DNA of 64,000 bases from Gemmatimonadales bacterium. Lineage in GTDB: Bacteria > Gemmatimonadota > Gemmatimonadetes > Gemmatimonadales > GWC2-71-9. Positions 54,230-63,101 of the stretch are shown here, piece after piece; the stretch's first letter is position 1, and the number at the start of each line of letters is the position of its first letter. The stretch covers positions 91,831 to 155,830 of the forward strand of contig DATAOI010000064.1 of assembly GCA_036265815.1 (NCBI GenBank). Direction: 5' to 3'. A model generated the notes under the pieces. It was not told the DNA's origin. It did not search any database and saw only the letters and a program-made list of their open reading frames with translations. The position numbers were made by a program, and so were the translations under genes.

Positions 54230-55629
54230 TCCGACTCGGAGAGCTTGTGGGTGGCGGTGGGGCTCTCCTGGATCCACACGGTCTTGGTGTTGACGAACTC
54301 CCGCATGCCCTGGCTGGAGAGCTCCCGCCCATAGCCCGACTGCTTCACTCCACCGAACGGCACCCGCGGATCCGATGCGACCATGGCGTTGATGAACACC
54401 ATGCCCGCCTCCAGGTCGGCGATGAAGCGGCCGCGCTCCCCCGCATCGTTGGTCCAGGCGCTGGCGCCGAGTCCGAACGGGGTATCGTTGGCCAGCCGGA
54501 TGGCATCGTCGAGATCGCGGGCGCGAAACAGGATCGCGACCGGGCCGAAGACCTCGTCGTGGTACGCCGGCGAGTCGGGTGTCACGCCGGTGAGCACGGT
54601 CGGCGCGTAGTAGAAGCCTGGCCGGTCGAGCCGGCGCCCGCCGGTCAAGAGCCGGGCCCCCGCGGCCACCGAGCGCTGCACCTGCTGGCCGATGGTGCTC
54701 ACCTGGCTCTCGTTGGCGAGCGGACCGACCTCGGTGGACGGATCCATCGGATCGCCCACCTTGAGCGCCTCGAATTCCGCCACGAAGCGCCGCTCGAACT
54801 CCTCCGCGATCGACTCCTGCACGATGAAGCGCTTGGCCGCGATGCACGACTGGCCGTTGTTGATGACCCGCGCCTTGACCGCGGTCCGCACCGCGGTGTC
54901 GAAGTCGGCGCTTGGCATCACGATGAACGGGTCGCTCCCGCCGAGCTCGAGCACCGACTTCTTGACCACCTTGCCGGCGGCCGCGGCCACGTGCCCACCG
55001 GCCCCCGTGCTGCCGGTCAGCGTGACCGCAGCCACCCGGGGGTCCTCGATGACCTGGCGGACGTGATCGGTGTCGATCAGCAGCGTCTGGAAACAGCCCT
55101 CGGGAAATCCCGCCCGGCGGAAGACATCCTCGATGGCCAGGGCGCACTGGGGCACGTTGGAGGCGTGCTTGAGCAGGCCAACATTACCGGCCATCAGCGC
55201 CGGCGCCGCGAAGCGGAAGACCTGCCAGAAGGGAAAGTTCCACGGCATCACGGCGAGCACCGGCCCGATCGGCTGATAACTCACATAGCTCCGCGAGGCG
55301 CTGGTCTCGACGTACTCGTCCGCCAGAAACCGCTCGGCGTACTCGGCGTAGTAGCGGCAGCCGAGGGCGCACTTGGCCGCCTCTTCGACAGCGGCCTTGA
55401 TCGGCTTGCCCATCTCCAGCACCATGAGCTTACCGAGCGCCTCCTTCTCTGTCTCCAGGATCTCGGCGGCGCGGAGCAGCATGCGCTTTCGGTCGGCCAG
55501 CGGGCTCTTGCGGTAGCGCCGATAGGTATCGGCGGCGCATTGCAGGCGCGCGTCCAGCTCGGCGTCCGACAGCGGCTGGAAGGTACGAACGGTCTCGCCG
55601 GTGGCGGGGTTGATCGTGGCGATGGTCAT
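54226..55629 (-). CDS. NAD(P)-dependent aldehyde dehydrogenase (succinate-semialdehyde dehydrogenase-like)
   Basis: 467 aa. It has the catalytic Glu context LELGGSDP and the Cys context NNGQSCIAAKR. The FPFWQ and GLLKHASNVP patterns are also present. Confidence 0.9.
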   Translation of the reverse strand: MTIATINPATGETVRTFQPLSDAELDARLQCAADTYRRYRKSPLADRKRMLLRAAEILETEKEALGKLMVLEMGKPIKAAVEEAAKCALGCRYYAEYAERFLADEYVETSASRSYVSYQPIGPVLAVMPWNFPFWQVFRFAAPALMAGNVGLLKHASNVPQCALAIEDVFRRAGFPEGCFQTLLIDTDHVRQVIEDPRVAAVTLTGSTGAGGHVAAAAGKVVKKSVLELGGSDPFIVMPSADFDTAVRTAVKARVINNGQSCIAAKRFIVQESIAEEFERRFVAEFEALKVGDPMDPSTEVGPLANESQVSTIGQQVQRSVAAGARLLTGGRRLDRPGFYYAPTVLTGVTPDSPAYHDEVFGPVAILFRARDLDDAIRLANDTPFGLGASAWTNDAGERGRFIADLEAGMVFINAMVASDPRVPFGGVKQSGYGRELSSQGMREFVNTKTVWIQESPTATHKLSESE

Positions 55630-55692
55630 GCCCGTATCTTACTGTCGGAATGGGCCAGCGGAAATAGGGCCGGGATCATAGATTGGGCTATC

Positions 55693-56640
55693 ATGACAGC
55701 ACTCAGCCGCCTGCTCGAAGGCAGCATCGACTACGCGGGGCTGTTTCCCCCCGCCGCGCTGGAGCTCGGGGCCGCCGTCCGGCAGTACGCCTCGTACCGG
55801 GACGGCGAGCAATCGTGGGCGCTGGGGCGGTTCGTCATTCCGGTGTCGCGGCTGTCCGAGCTGGAGGCGAGCGCGGCCGGGCTGATGCCACCGCAGCCCT
55901 CGGAGCGGCCGTGGCGGCTCACGGCACTCGTCGGACTGGACACCGCCGCCGACGCGCGTGTCGTAGGTGAGTTCAACTGTCGCCATGCCGCGCACGGCGC
56001 GCCCGGCGCCGTCACCGACGCCATCGAGGCGAAGGCGGACACGGTGGCGGCAGTCGATCGCCTGCTCGGCTCGGTCCCGGACTATCTCCAGACCTACGTC
56101 GAGATCCCCATCACCCAGGATCCGACGCCGCTGGTGGAGGAGATCGCCCGCCACGGTGAGCGGGCCAAGGTCCGGACCGGCGGGATCACGGCCGCTGCCT
56201 TTCCGACCACCGCGGACCTCGCCCGCTTCATCCGGGTCTGCGCCGAGGCGAACGTGCCGTTCAAGGCGACGGCCGGGCTGCACCACGCGCTTCGCGGCGA
56301 CTACCCGCTGACCTACGCGCCGGACAGCTCACGGGGCCGCATGTTCGGCTTCCTCAACGTCTTTCTGGCCGGCGCCTACGCGCTGGTCGGCATGGACGCC
56401 GCCACCCTGAAGCACCTGCTGGAAGAGACCTCCCCTGCCGCCTTCGACGTGACGGACGACGCCATTACCTGGCGGGGACACCGGCTCGACCTCGGGGCGA
56501 TCCGGCGCGCGCGCGAGCTAGTGGTGGCGTTCGGGTCGTGCTCGTTCACCGAACCAACGGAGGAAACGGCAAGGTGGGGCACGGTGGGGCAGAGTGAGGC
56601 AAGGTGGGGCGCGGGGAAGCATGGTGAGGCATCGCTATGA
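55693..56640 (+). CDS. hypothetical protein
   Basis: The ATG at 55693 begins the plausible part (MTALSRLLEGSIDYAGLFPPAAL...AKVRTGGITAAAFPT...FKATAGLHHALRG). I recognised no domain. The last 20 or so codons run into the repeat. The upstream part of track ORF 54247..56640 is antisense to the ALDH gene. Confidence 0.55.
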   Translation: MTALSRLLEGSIDYAGLFPPAALELGAAVRQYASYRDGEQSWALGRFVIPVSRLSELEASAAGLMPPQPSERPWRLTALVGLDTAADARVVGEFNCRHAAHGAPGAVTDAIEAKADTVAAVDRLLGSVPDYLQTYVEIPITQDPTPLVEEIARHGERAKVRTGGITAAAFPTTADLARFIRVCAEANVPFKATAGLHHALRGDYPLTYAPDSSRGRMFGFLNVFLAGAYALVGMDAATLKHLLEETSPAAFDVTDDAITWRGHRLDLGAIRRARELVVAFGSCSFTEPTEETARWGTVGQSEARWGAGKHGEASL

Positions 56641-56703
56641 GCGGTCGGTTGTGTGTCCCTGAGACCCTCACCCCTGCCCCACCCTGCCTCACCCTGTCAC
56701 CTT
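56568..56703. repeat. decamer-array palindrome (degenerate, long loop)
   Basis: The G-arm is 56568-56630, the loop is roughly 56631-56664 (contains atgagcggtcggttgtgtgt) and the C-arm is 56665-56703. Confidence 0.75.
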
Positions 56704-56709
56704 CCTCTA

Positions 56710-58026
56710 ATGGATGAAACCCACGATCCCGCGCGTACCTCCTGGCTCCCGTCTGCCCAGGGCTCGACCGATTTCCCGATTCAGAATCTGCCCTTCGGTG
56801 TCTTTCGCCGGCGGGATGAGGACGAGCCGGCCCGAGTCGGGGTCGCCATTGGGGACTGCATCCTCGACATTACCGCGTGTCATGACGAGGGCCGCTTCAG
56901 GGGCGCGGCGGAGCGCGCGGCCGAGGTATGTGCCGCGGACTCGCTCAACCCCCTGATGGCGCGGGGCCGGGCGCCGCGGGTGGCGCTCCGCCGACAGGTG
57001 AGCGCGCTGCTGAGCGCCGACTCCCCCGCGTACAAGGCCACTCCGCGCCTGGCCGACCGGCTGCTGGTCCCGATGGCGGAGGCGGAGCTGCTGCTCCCGG
57101 CCACCATCGGGGACTATACCGACTTCTACGCCTCGATCCATCATGCCACCAATGTCGGGAGCATGTTCCGCCCCGATAACCCGCTGCTTCCCAACTACAA
57201 GTGGGTGCCCATCGGCTATCACGGGCGATCGTCGTCGATCGTGCCCAGCGGGACCCCGGTGCGCCGGCCGGCCGGGCAGCGGAAGGATCCGGCGAGTGAG
57301 ACGCCGGAGTTCGGGCCGGCGCGGCAGCTGGACTATGAGATGGAGCTCGGCTGCTTCGTGAGCGTGGGGAACCCAATGGGAGAGCCGGTACCGGTCGCGG
57401 AGGCGGAGGAGCACCTCTTCGGCTTCTGCCTGGTCAACGACTGGTCGGCCCGCGACATTCAGAGCTGGGAGTACCAGCCGCTGGGGCCGTTCCTCGGCAA
57501 GAACTTCGCGACCACGATCTCGCCCTGGCTGGTGACGGTGGAGGCGCTGGAGCCGTTCCGGGTGCCTGCGGCGTCGCGGCCGCCGGGGGATCCTACGCCG
57601 TTGGCCTATCTGCTGGACGCTGCGGATCAGGAATGCGGAGGGGTGGATGTGATCGTGGAGGTCTACCTGGCCTCGGCGCGGATGCGGGCCGAGCGGATGG
57701 CACCGGTCCGGCTGAGCCGGTCCCGGGCGGAGGATCTCTATTGGACGCCGGCTCAGATGCTGACGCACCACACCAGCGGCGGGTGCAACCTCCGCTCCGG
57801 GGATCTCTTTGCGAGTGGGACGATCTCGGGGCCGGAGAAGGAGGCGCGGGGGTCGCTGCTGGAGGTCGCGTGGTGTGGGGCGGAGCCCGTCGGGCTGCCG
57901 ACCGGCGAGACGCGGAAGTTCCTCGAGGATGGGGACGAGGTGATCATGCGAGGATACTCGGAACGGGCGGGGGCGGCGCGGATCGGGTTCGGGGAGTGCC
58001 GGGGGGTGGTGACCGGGTGGTCGTAA
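56710..58026 (+). CDS. fahA: fumarylacetoacetase
   Basis: I chose the ATG at 56710. The N-domain reads SWLPSAQGSTDFPIQNLPFGVF, and the C-domain has DYTDFYAS, GYHGRSSSIV, DYEMELG and SGTISG, typical of FAH. Confidence 0.9.
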   Translation: MDETHDPARTSWLPSAQGSTDFPIQNLPFGVFRRRDEDEPARVGVAIGDCILDITACHDEGRFRGAAERAAEVCAADSLNPLMARGRAPRVALRRQVSALLSADSPAYKATPRLADRLLVPMAEAELLLPATIGDYTDFYASIHHATNVGSMFRPDNPLLPNYKWVPIGYHGRSSSIVPSGTPVRRPAGQRKDPASETPEFGPARQLDYEMELGCFVSVGNPMGEPVPVAEAEEHLFGFCLVNDWSARDIQSWEYQPLGPFLGKNFATTISPWLVTVEALEPFRVPAASRPPGDPTPLAYLLDAADQECGGVDVIVEVYLASARMRAERMAPVRLSRSRAEDLYWTPAQMLTHHTSGGCNLRSGDLFASGTISGPEKEARGSLLEVAWCGAEPVGLPTGETRKFLEDGDEVIMRGYSERAGAARIGFGECRGVVTGWS

Positions 58027-58360
58027 TGGGGACCAAACCCCGGCGAGCCGCAGCTTTTCTGGCTGGAGCTTCGGCCAAGGTGTGGTTGGATCTTCGGGCT
58101 CCGGCGGGAGGCGGTGCTCCCGGAGCGCGCCTCAGTGACTGCGGCTCCACCCCGAACGCCGCGAAACGATCGATGCAGGCACTGCTCGCGCGCGGAGGGA
58201 GCATCGCCTCCCGCCGGAGCCGTGGACCCGGAGAATCGCTTCCGGCCCACGCCCGAGGAGCGGGGATGCCACGGGACGAAGCCGACCCGCGGCGTTACGC
58301 GGGGGGCTCAGGCTGCGACCCCGGCCCGCCCTCCAGCGCCGACCTCAAGCCGGTGATCAA

Positions 58361-58753
58361 CTAGTAGTTGGGCCAGAGTCCCGGAGTCGCCAGCTCCAGC
58401 AGGTGCCCATCCGGATCGCGGAAGTAGATGCTCCGGCCCCGGGGCCAGTCGACCCGGCTCTCGATCGCGATCCCCTCGGACGCCAGACGCTCTTCCCACG
58501 GCGCCAGATCCTCCTCGGCGACGGCGAACGCAAAATGGAGCCGCCCCGCCCCATCGTGCGGCGGGATCTGGCCGCCCGGCGTCGGCACCGGACCAGGCGT
58601 GCCTCCCTGGAGAAAGAGCAGGAGCACGTCCCGACCGGCGACGTCGAACGCGCAGAAGCGCTCGTCGGCCGCCATGAGAGGGAAGCCGAAGAGCTGGGAG
58701 TAGAACTCCCGGGAGCGAGCCAGATCGGAGACGTGCAGTCCCGTCTCCAGCAC
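58361..58753 (-). CDS. VOC (glyoxalase/bleomycin-resistance/dioxygenase) family protein
   Basis: It reads LETGLHVSDLARSREFYSQLFGF...HFAFAV...IYFRDPDGHLLEL. The start was set at GTG 58753 to avoid overlap with the upstream gene and is uncertain. Confidence 0.7.
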   Translation of the reverse strand: MLETGLHVSDLARSREFYSQLFGFPLMAADERFCAFDVAGRDVLLLFLQGGTPGPVPTPGGQIPPHDGAGRLHFAFAVAEEDLAPWEERLASEGIAIESRVDWPRGRSIYFRDPDGHLLELATPGLWPNY

Positions 58754-58803
58754 GCCCTGGATCGGCGGGGGCGCCGGCGAGGACCGGTCGCCCCCAGTCG
58801 GGC

Positions 58804-59214
58804 TCAACTCGCCTTCACGATCCGGGTCACGAGGTCCTGCGCAAAGTTCTTGTCCCACTCAGCCAGGTTCTTCCGCGCCGTGGCTTCCACGTGGGTGCTG
58901 CTCGCGCCCCGCGACTCGAGGGTGACGGTGACGTCGAGGTCGCCCTTCTTGCCCTTGAACTCGCGCTTCTCGCCGGCGTTCGAGCTGCTGGACGCATCGG
59001 GGACGATCCCAAAATCCTTCATCACGCTCTGGGTGCGCGCGGCTGTCTGGTCGATCGAGGCGTCGACCAGCGACTGGGCGCCGCGGGTGGTGAGATAGAC
59101 TCCGCCGGCCGCCCCGGCGGCGGCGCCGACAGCCGCGGCCGCGCAGCCCGCCGCCGGCATGGCCAGGGCGAGCAGCAGGACAGATTGTCTCAGAAATGCC
59201 TGGGTCCGCATCAT
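58804..59214 (-). CDS. small lipoprotein (DUF3568-like)
   Basis: I chose the ATG at 59214. It has a lipobox (LALAMPAAGCAA) followed by a Gly/Ala-rich linker and a roughly 100-aa domain. Confidence 0.55.
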   Translation of the reverse strand: MMRTQAFLRQSVLLLALAMPAAGCAAAAVGAAAGAAGGVYLTTRGAQSLVDASIDQTAARTQSVMKDFGIVPDASSSSNAGEKREFKGKKGDLDVTVTLESRGASSTHVEATARKNLAEWDKNFAQDLVTRIVKAS

Positions 59215-59363
59215 GATCCTCTCCGCGTGTGAGTTGCCTGACATCTCCTCTACGGTAGGCGCCATCCGGCCGCGCCGTCGGCGGTCTGGGTCACACATTC
59301 CGACTCTTCCACGCCACCCCGGCAGAGGTCATATTCCGCGCAACCTTCTTCGAGAGCCCCACC

Positions 59364-60485
59364 GTGGCCACCTTCCTCAAGACCACCGAGCTTTCCATCG
59401 ACGGCGCTCATACCCTGCCGAGGGAGTATTACACGGCGCCGGACATCTACGCCGAGGAAATGGAGCGGATCTTCCGGCGGCGATGGCTCTGCGTCGGCCG
59501 GGAGGACCGGATCCCGGGCCCGGGGGACTATGTGCTCCAGCCGTTGGGCCAGGACAGCGTCCTCATTCTGCGGGACAAGACCGGTAGCATCCGGGCGTTC
59601 CACAACGTCTGTCGCCACCGGGGCACCCGCCTCTGTGAGGAGTCGACCGGCCGGCTCTCCGAGACGATCCAGTGCCCCTACCACGCCTGGACCTACGCGC
59701 TCGACGGCCGGCTCCTGGGGGCGCCCTCCACCAGCGATCTCGAGGGATTCAACAAGGCGGACTGGCCGCTCTTTGCGGTGGCGACCGCGGTGTGGGAGGG
59801 CTTCATCTTCATCAACCTGGCGGAGCAGCCGGAGCCGTTCGAGCAGTCGTGGGCGCCGCTGCTGGGCAAGTTCAGCCGGTTCAACCTGCCCAATCTCAAG
59901 GTGGGGCGGACCATCGAGTACGACGTTCAGGCCAACTGGAAGCTGCTGCTGCAGAATTACTCGGAGTGCTACCACTGCGGGCCAGTGCATCCGGCGCTGG
60001 CCAAGATCACCCCGCCTACCAGCGGGGAGAATGATCTCGTGGAGGGACCCTTCACCGGCGGATATATGGTGATCGGACGTGGCGCGGAGAGCCTCACCAT
60101 GAGCGGCCGGGCCTGCGGCGTGCCGGTGGGGGAGTTGCCCGAGGAGGACATGAACCGGGTGTACTACTACGCGCTGTTCCCCAACATGCTGCTGAGCCTG
60201 CACCCGGACTACGTGATGTTCCACACGCTGTGGCCCCAGAGCACCGGGCGAACCCAGATCTTCTGCAGCTGGCTTTTCCATCCCGCGACACTGAGCGATC
60301 CGACGTTCAATCCGGACGACGGGGTGGAGTTCTGGGACATGACCAACCGGCAGGACTGGCACATCTGCGAGCAGAGCCAGCTCGGGGTGCAGTCGCGGGC
60401 GTACCGGCCGGGGCCGTACTCCAAGCGGGAGGCGATCTCGGTGCAGATCGACCGAGAGGTGTTGAGGAGTTTGGGGCGGGGGTGA
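59364..60485 (+). CDS. Rieske [2Fe-2S] aromatic-ring-hydroxylating oxygenase alpha subunit (GbcA/choline-monooxygenase-like)
   Basis: The Rieske motif is CRHRGTRLC..(x)..CPYHAW. The mononuclear-iron context is NYSECYHCGPVHP. Confidence 0.85.
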   Translation: MATFLKTTELSIDGAHTLPREYYTAPDIYAEEMERIFRRRWLCVGREDRIPGPGDYVLQPLGQDSVLILRDKTGSIRAFHNVCRHRGTRLCEESTGRLSETIQCPYHAWTYALDGRLLGAPSTSDLEGFNKADWPLFAVATAVWEGFIFINLAEQPEPFEQSWAPLLGKFSRFNLPNLKVGRTIEYDVQANWKLLLQNYSECYHCGPVHPALAKITPPTSGENDLVEGPFTGGYMVIGRGAESLTMSGRACGVPVGELPEEDMNRVYYYALFPNMLLSLHPDYVMFHTLWPQSTGRTQIFCSWLFHPATLSDPTFNPDDGVEFWDMTNRQDWHICEQSQLGVQSRAYRPGPYSKREAISVQIDREVLRSLGRG

Positions 60486-60736
60486 TGGGGGCGGAGATCG
60501 GGGGGTGGTGGCGGAGATCGGTGGGGTGGGGGCGGTGGGGGCCGCGCTGGTACAGTGGTGGGCGCAACAGCGTTGCGCGGTGGTCGGACCGGACGATGCC
60601 CGCCGGCAACCCGTGCTCGGGCGCAGGCGGCGGGCGGGGATCGCGGAGGGAGTCAGGCCGTGTGATGCCGGTCTAGCTCCGTGCCCTCCGGGGCGGCCTG
60701 TTCTGACCGGAGCGAGCCCCGCCCGCCGCCGGAGCC

Positions 60737-60792
60737 GGCGCCCCGATCCCGGCGCCCCGATCCCGGTGCCCCGATCCCGGCGTCCCGATCCC
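60737..60792. repeat. 4 x 14-bp tandem repeat GGCGCCCCGATCCC
   Basis: The units are 60737-50, 60751-64, 60765-78 and 60779-92, with 1 mismatch in units 3 and 4. Partially complementary GGAGATCGGGG motifs occur at 60492-60525. Confidence 0.85.
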
Positions 60793-60864
60793 GTCCGCAG
60801 CCGGAGGCGACGCCCTGATTGCAAACCTAGAGGCCGGCAAGCCGAGTAGAATGGCCGACGGGTC

Positions 60865-62304
60865 CTACTTCGCCATCTCCTGCAGAATCCCGGTATACAG
60901 CCGCAGTCCGAATTCGATGTTCTTGAGTGACAGCCGTTCGTCGTTGCCGTGTACCTCCAGCCGGTCCTCCTCCAGCTCCACCAGCCACGGGTCCAGCCCG
61001 TAACAGGTGATGCCCGCCGCCGCGTAGTACGGCCGGTCGGACGCGCCCGCGCTGATCGGCGTGGCCACCGGCACCCGGGGCAGCATCCGCCCGGCCACGC
61101 GCTCGATCGCATGAAACAGCGGCGTATCGAGCGGGGCGTCGAACCGCGGGCCCACGTCGCCGATGGTGGTGACCGTGAGCTTGGGGTCCGCCAGGACGCG
61201 CAGGAGCTCGCGCCGGAACGCCGTGGTGTCCTCGTCCGGGAGCAGCCGGATATCGATCTCGGCCGAGGCCTCCTCCGGGATGATGTTGGTCCTGTTGGAG
61301 CCGGCGAGCACCGTGGGCGTGACCGTCGACCGGAGTAGCGCGTTCCGTTCCGGGCTCGAGAGCAGCCAGGCCCGGCCACGCCGCGTGGCCAGCGCGGCGC
61401 CCGCGTCGGCCAGCCAGCGGCGACGCTCGCCCGTCTCGTACCGTGCCTGCGCCTTGAAGAACCGGTCGACCGGGGCCGTGAGCCGCACCGGCGTGCGCCA
61501 CGCGACCAACCGTCCCAGTGCCACCACCAGCCGGTCCACCGGGTTGTCGCCCAGCGGGACGGAGGCGTGGGAGGTGGTGCCGCGCGCGGTCACCCTCTGC
61601 CAGTAGGCCCGCTTCTCGCCGACATCGATCCCGAACCACTTCACTTTGCCGTGCTCCACCCGGGTGTCGGCCCCCTCGGTGAGCAGGTATTCCACGCCCT
61701 TCAGCAGATCGGGGTGGCGCCGGATGAACGTTCGGGTGCCAAGCCCGTCGATCTCCTCGTCCGCGTTGCCGATGAGCACCACGTCGTGGGCCAGCGGCAC
61801 GCCCGCCCGCTTGAGCGCGATCAGGCTCAGCAACTGGAGGATCCCGTGCCCCTTCATGTCGAGCGCTCCCCTGCCCCAGACGGATCCCTTTTTGATCTCG
61901 CCGCCGAACGGATCGGCCGTCCACTGCGCCCGGGTCACCGGCACCACGTCCATGTGGTGCACCAGGGCGATCCCGTGCCCCGGCGTCGCGCCCGGAACCC
62001 GCGCGTAGAAGTTGGCCCTGCCGGGCCCCAACTCCGCCGTGTCGAGGATCTGCCCCTCGATGCCCTCGCGCGCCAGCACGTCCTTGAGCCACCGCGCCGC
62101 CGCGAGCTCGTTGCCCGGGGGGTTGGTGGTGTTGATTCGGAGGTACTCGGAGAGACGCCGTGCAGCCTCGTCGCGCAGCGTGCTGAAATCGATCGCCGGC
62201 GCCTGCCCGGGAGCTTGAGCCGCGAGGGGGAGACCCGGCCAGGCGAGCAGAACGACCGCGAGCAGGCCGCAGCGAGCCAGCAGATGCCCTGGGTGTCTCG
62301 GCAT
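60865..62304 (-). CDS. M20/M25/M40 family metallopeptidase, exported
   Basis: The ATG at 62304 overlaps the upstream stop by 1 nt (TGATG). It has a signal peptide (LLAVVLLAWPGLPLAAQA). Metal-ligand contexts are VHHMDVVP, GALDMKG and GNADEEIDG. Confidence 0.85.
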   Translation of the reverse strand: MPRHPGHLLARCGLLAVVLLAWPGLPLAAQAPGQAPAIDFSTLRDEAARRLSEYLRINTTNPPGNELAAARWLKDVLAREGIEGQILDTAELGPGRANFYARVPGATPGHGIALVHHMDVVPVTRAQWTADPFGGEIKKGSVWGRGALDMKGHGILQLLSLIALKRAGVPLAHDVVLIGNADEEIDGLGTRTFIRRHPDLLKGVEYLLTEGADTRVEHGKVKWFGIDVGEKRAYWQRVTARGTTSHASVPLGDNPVDRLVVALGRLVAWRTPVRLTAPVDRFFKAQARYETGERRRWLADAGAALATRRGRAWLLSSPERNALLRSTVTPTVLAGSNRTNIIPEEASAEIDIRLLPDEDTTAFRRELLRVLADPKLTVTTIGDVGPRFDAPLDTPLFHAIERVAGRMLPRVPVATPISAGASDRPYYAAAGITCYGLDPWLVELEEDRLEVHGNDERLSLKNIEFGLRLYTGILQEMAK

Positions 62305-63101
62305 CAGTCCTCCGAAAGGATCCGCGCGGCCAGCTCCTTGACCAGTTTGGCACACACGCCCGCGGTGAGGCCGGTGGGATCGTTGGCGGGATTGAACTCG
62401 ACCAGGTCGGCGCCGACCAGCGGCGACTCCAGCGACTGGATGATGCCGAGCACCTGCCGGACGGTGAGCCCGCCCGGCTCGCGATGGGACATGCCGGGCG
62501 CCAGGCCAGGCTCGAGCACGTCCAGATCGAGGGAGAGGTAGACCGGGCTGTCGAACGGGAGCACTCGGCCATCACGCCAGTCCTTCATCTCGATCACCTC
62601 GACGCCGAGCCGGACCGCCTGCTGCCGCTGGTGCGCGGTCATGGTGCGGATCCCGACCTGCACCATCCGGTCGGCGAGGCCGGCCTCCATCACCCGAGCG
62701 AAAGGGCAGGCATGGGAGAAGCGGTCGCCCTCGAATTCGTCGTAGAGATCGGGGTGCGCATCCAGGTGCAGCACGGCGAGGCGCGGATGATAGCGGCGCA
62801 CCGCGCGGAGGACCGGGAAGCTGATCGAGTGGTCGCCACCCAGCACCAGTGGACGCCGGCCCGAGGCGAGAATCGTCTCGGTCGCGGCCTCGATCGCAGC
62901 TCGTCCCTCTTCGTCCGCCGAGGGAGTGACGTCGCCCGCGTCCTGCACGACGCCGGTGCCGAGATCGGTGCCGTTCTCGGTCAAGGCGTTGCCGGCCTGG
63001 GACCAGAGCGCCTCTCGGATGAGCGGCGGGGCCTCGGCCGCGCCGCGCTGGAACGAGGAGCTGCCGTCGTAGCGGATGCCGAGCAGGGTGACGCCGGTCA
63101 C
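62304..63101 (-). CDS. arginase/agmatinase/formimidoylglutamase family ureohydrolase
   Basis: The Mn-ligand motifs are GGDHSISFP, HLDAHPDLY and SLDLDVLEPG. The GTG start overlaps the upstream stop (GTGA). Confidence 0.85.
   Translation of the reverse strand: MTGVTLLGIRYDGSSSFQRGAAEAPPLIREALWSQAGNALTENGTDLGTGVVQDAGDVTPSADEEGRAAIEAATETILASGRRPLVLGGDHSISFPVLRAVRRYHPRLAVLHLDAHPDLYDEFEGDRFSHACPFARVMEAGLADRMVQVGIRTMTAHQRQQAVRLGVEVIEMKDWRDGRVLPFDSPVYLSLDLDVLEPGLAPGMSHREPGGLTVRQVLGIIQSLESPLVGADLVEFNPANDPTGLTAGVCAKLVKELAARILSED

Noticed and set aside
54230-55147. N-terminal part of the 779-aa minus-strand ORF 52808..55147
   Set aside because: It is out-of-frame overlap with the ALDH gene. The methyltransferase-like sequence begins at the GTG that overlaps the ALDH stop.
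54247-55692. N-terminal 482 codons of the 797-aa plus-strand ORF 54247..56640
   Set aside because: This part is antisense to the aldehyde dehydrogenase gene. Only the portion from ATG 55693 lies in otherwise non-coding space.
58027-58360. 334-bp convergent spacer after fahA with several short GC-rich hairpins, and track ORFs 57633..58364 and 58114..58356
   Set aside because: The hairpins are short and imperfect. The ORFs have Arg/Gly/Ala-rich shadow composition. I could support no repeat-family member or RNA motif.
59250-62575. Long minus-strand ORFs 59250..61379 (709 aa) and 60827..62575 (582 aa)
   Set aside because: They overlap the Rieske oxygenase (antisense) and the M20 peptidase (out of frame). 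Their composition is Arg/Gly/Pro-rich shadow-ORF sequence.
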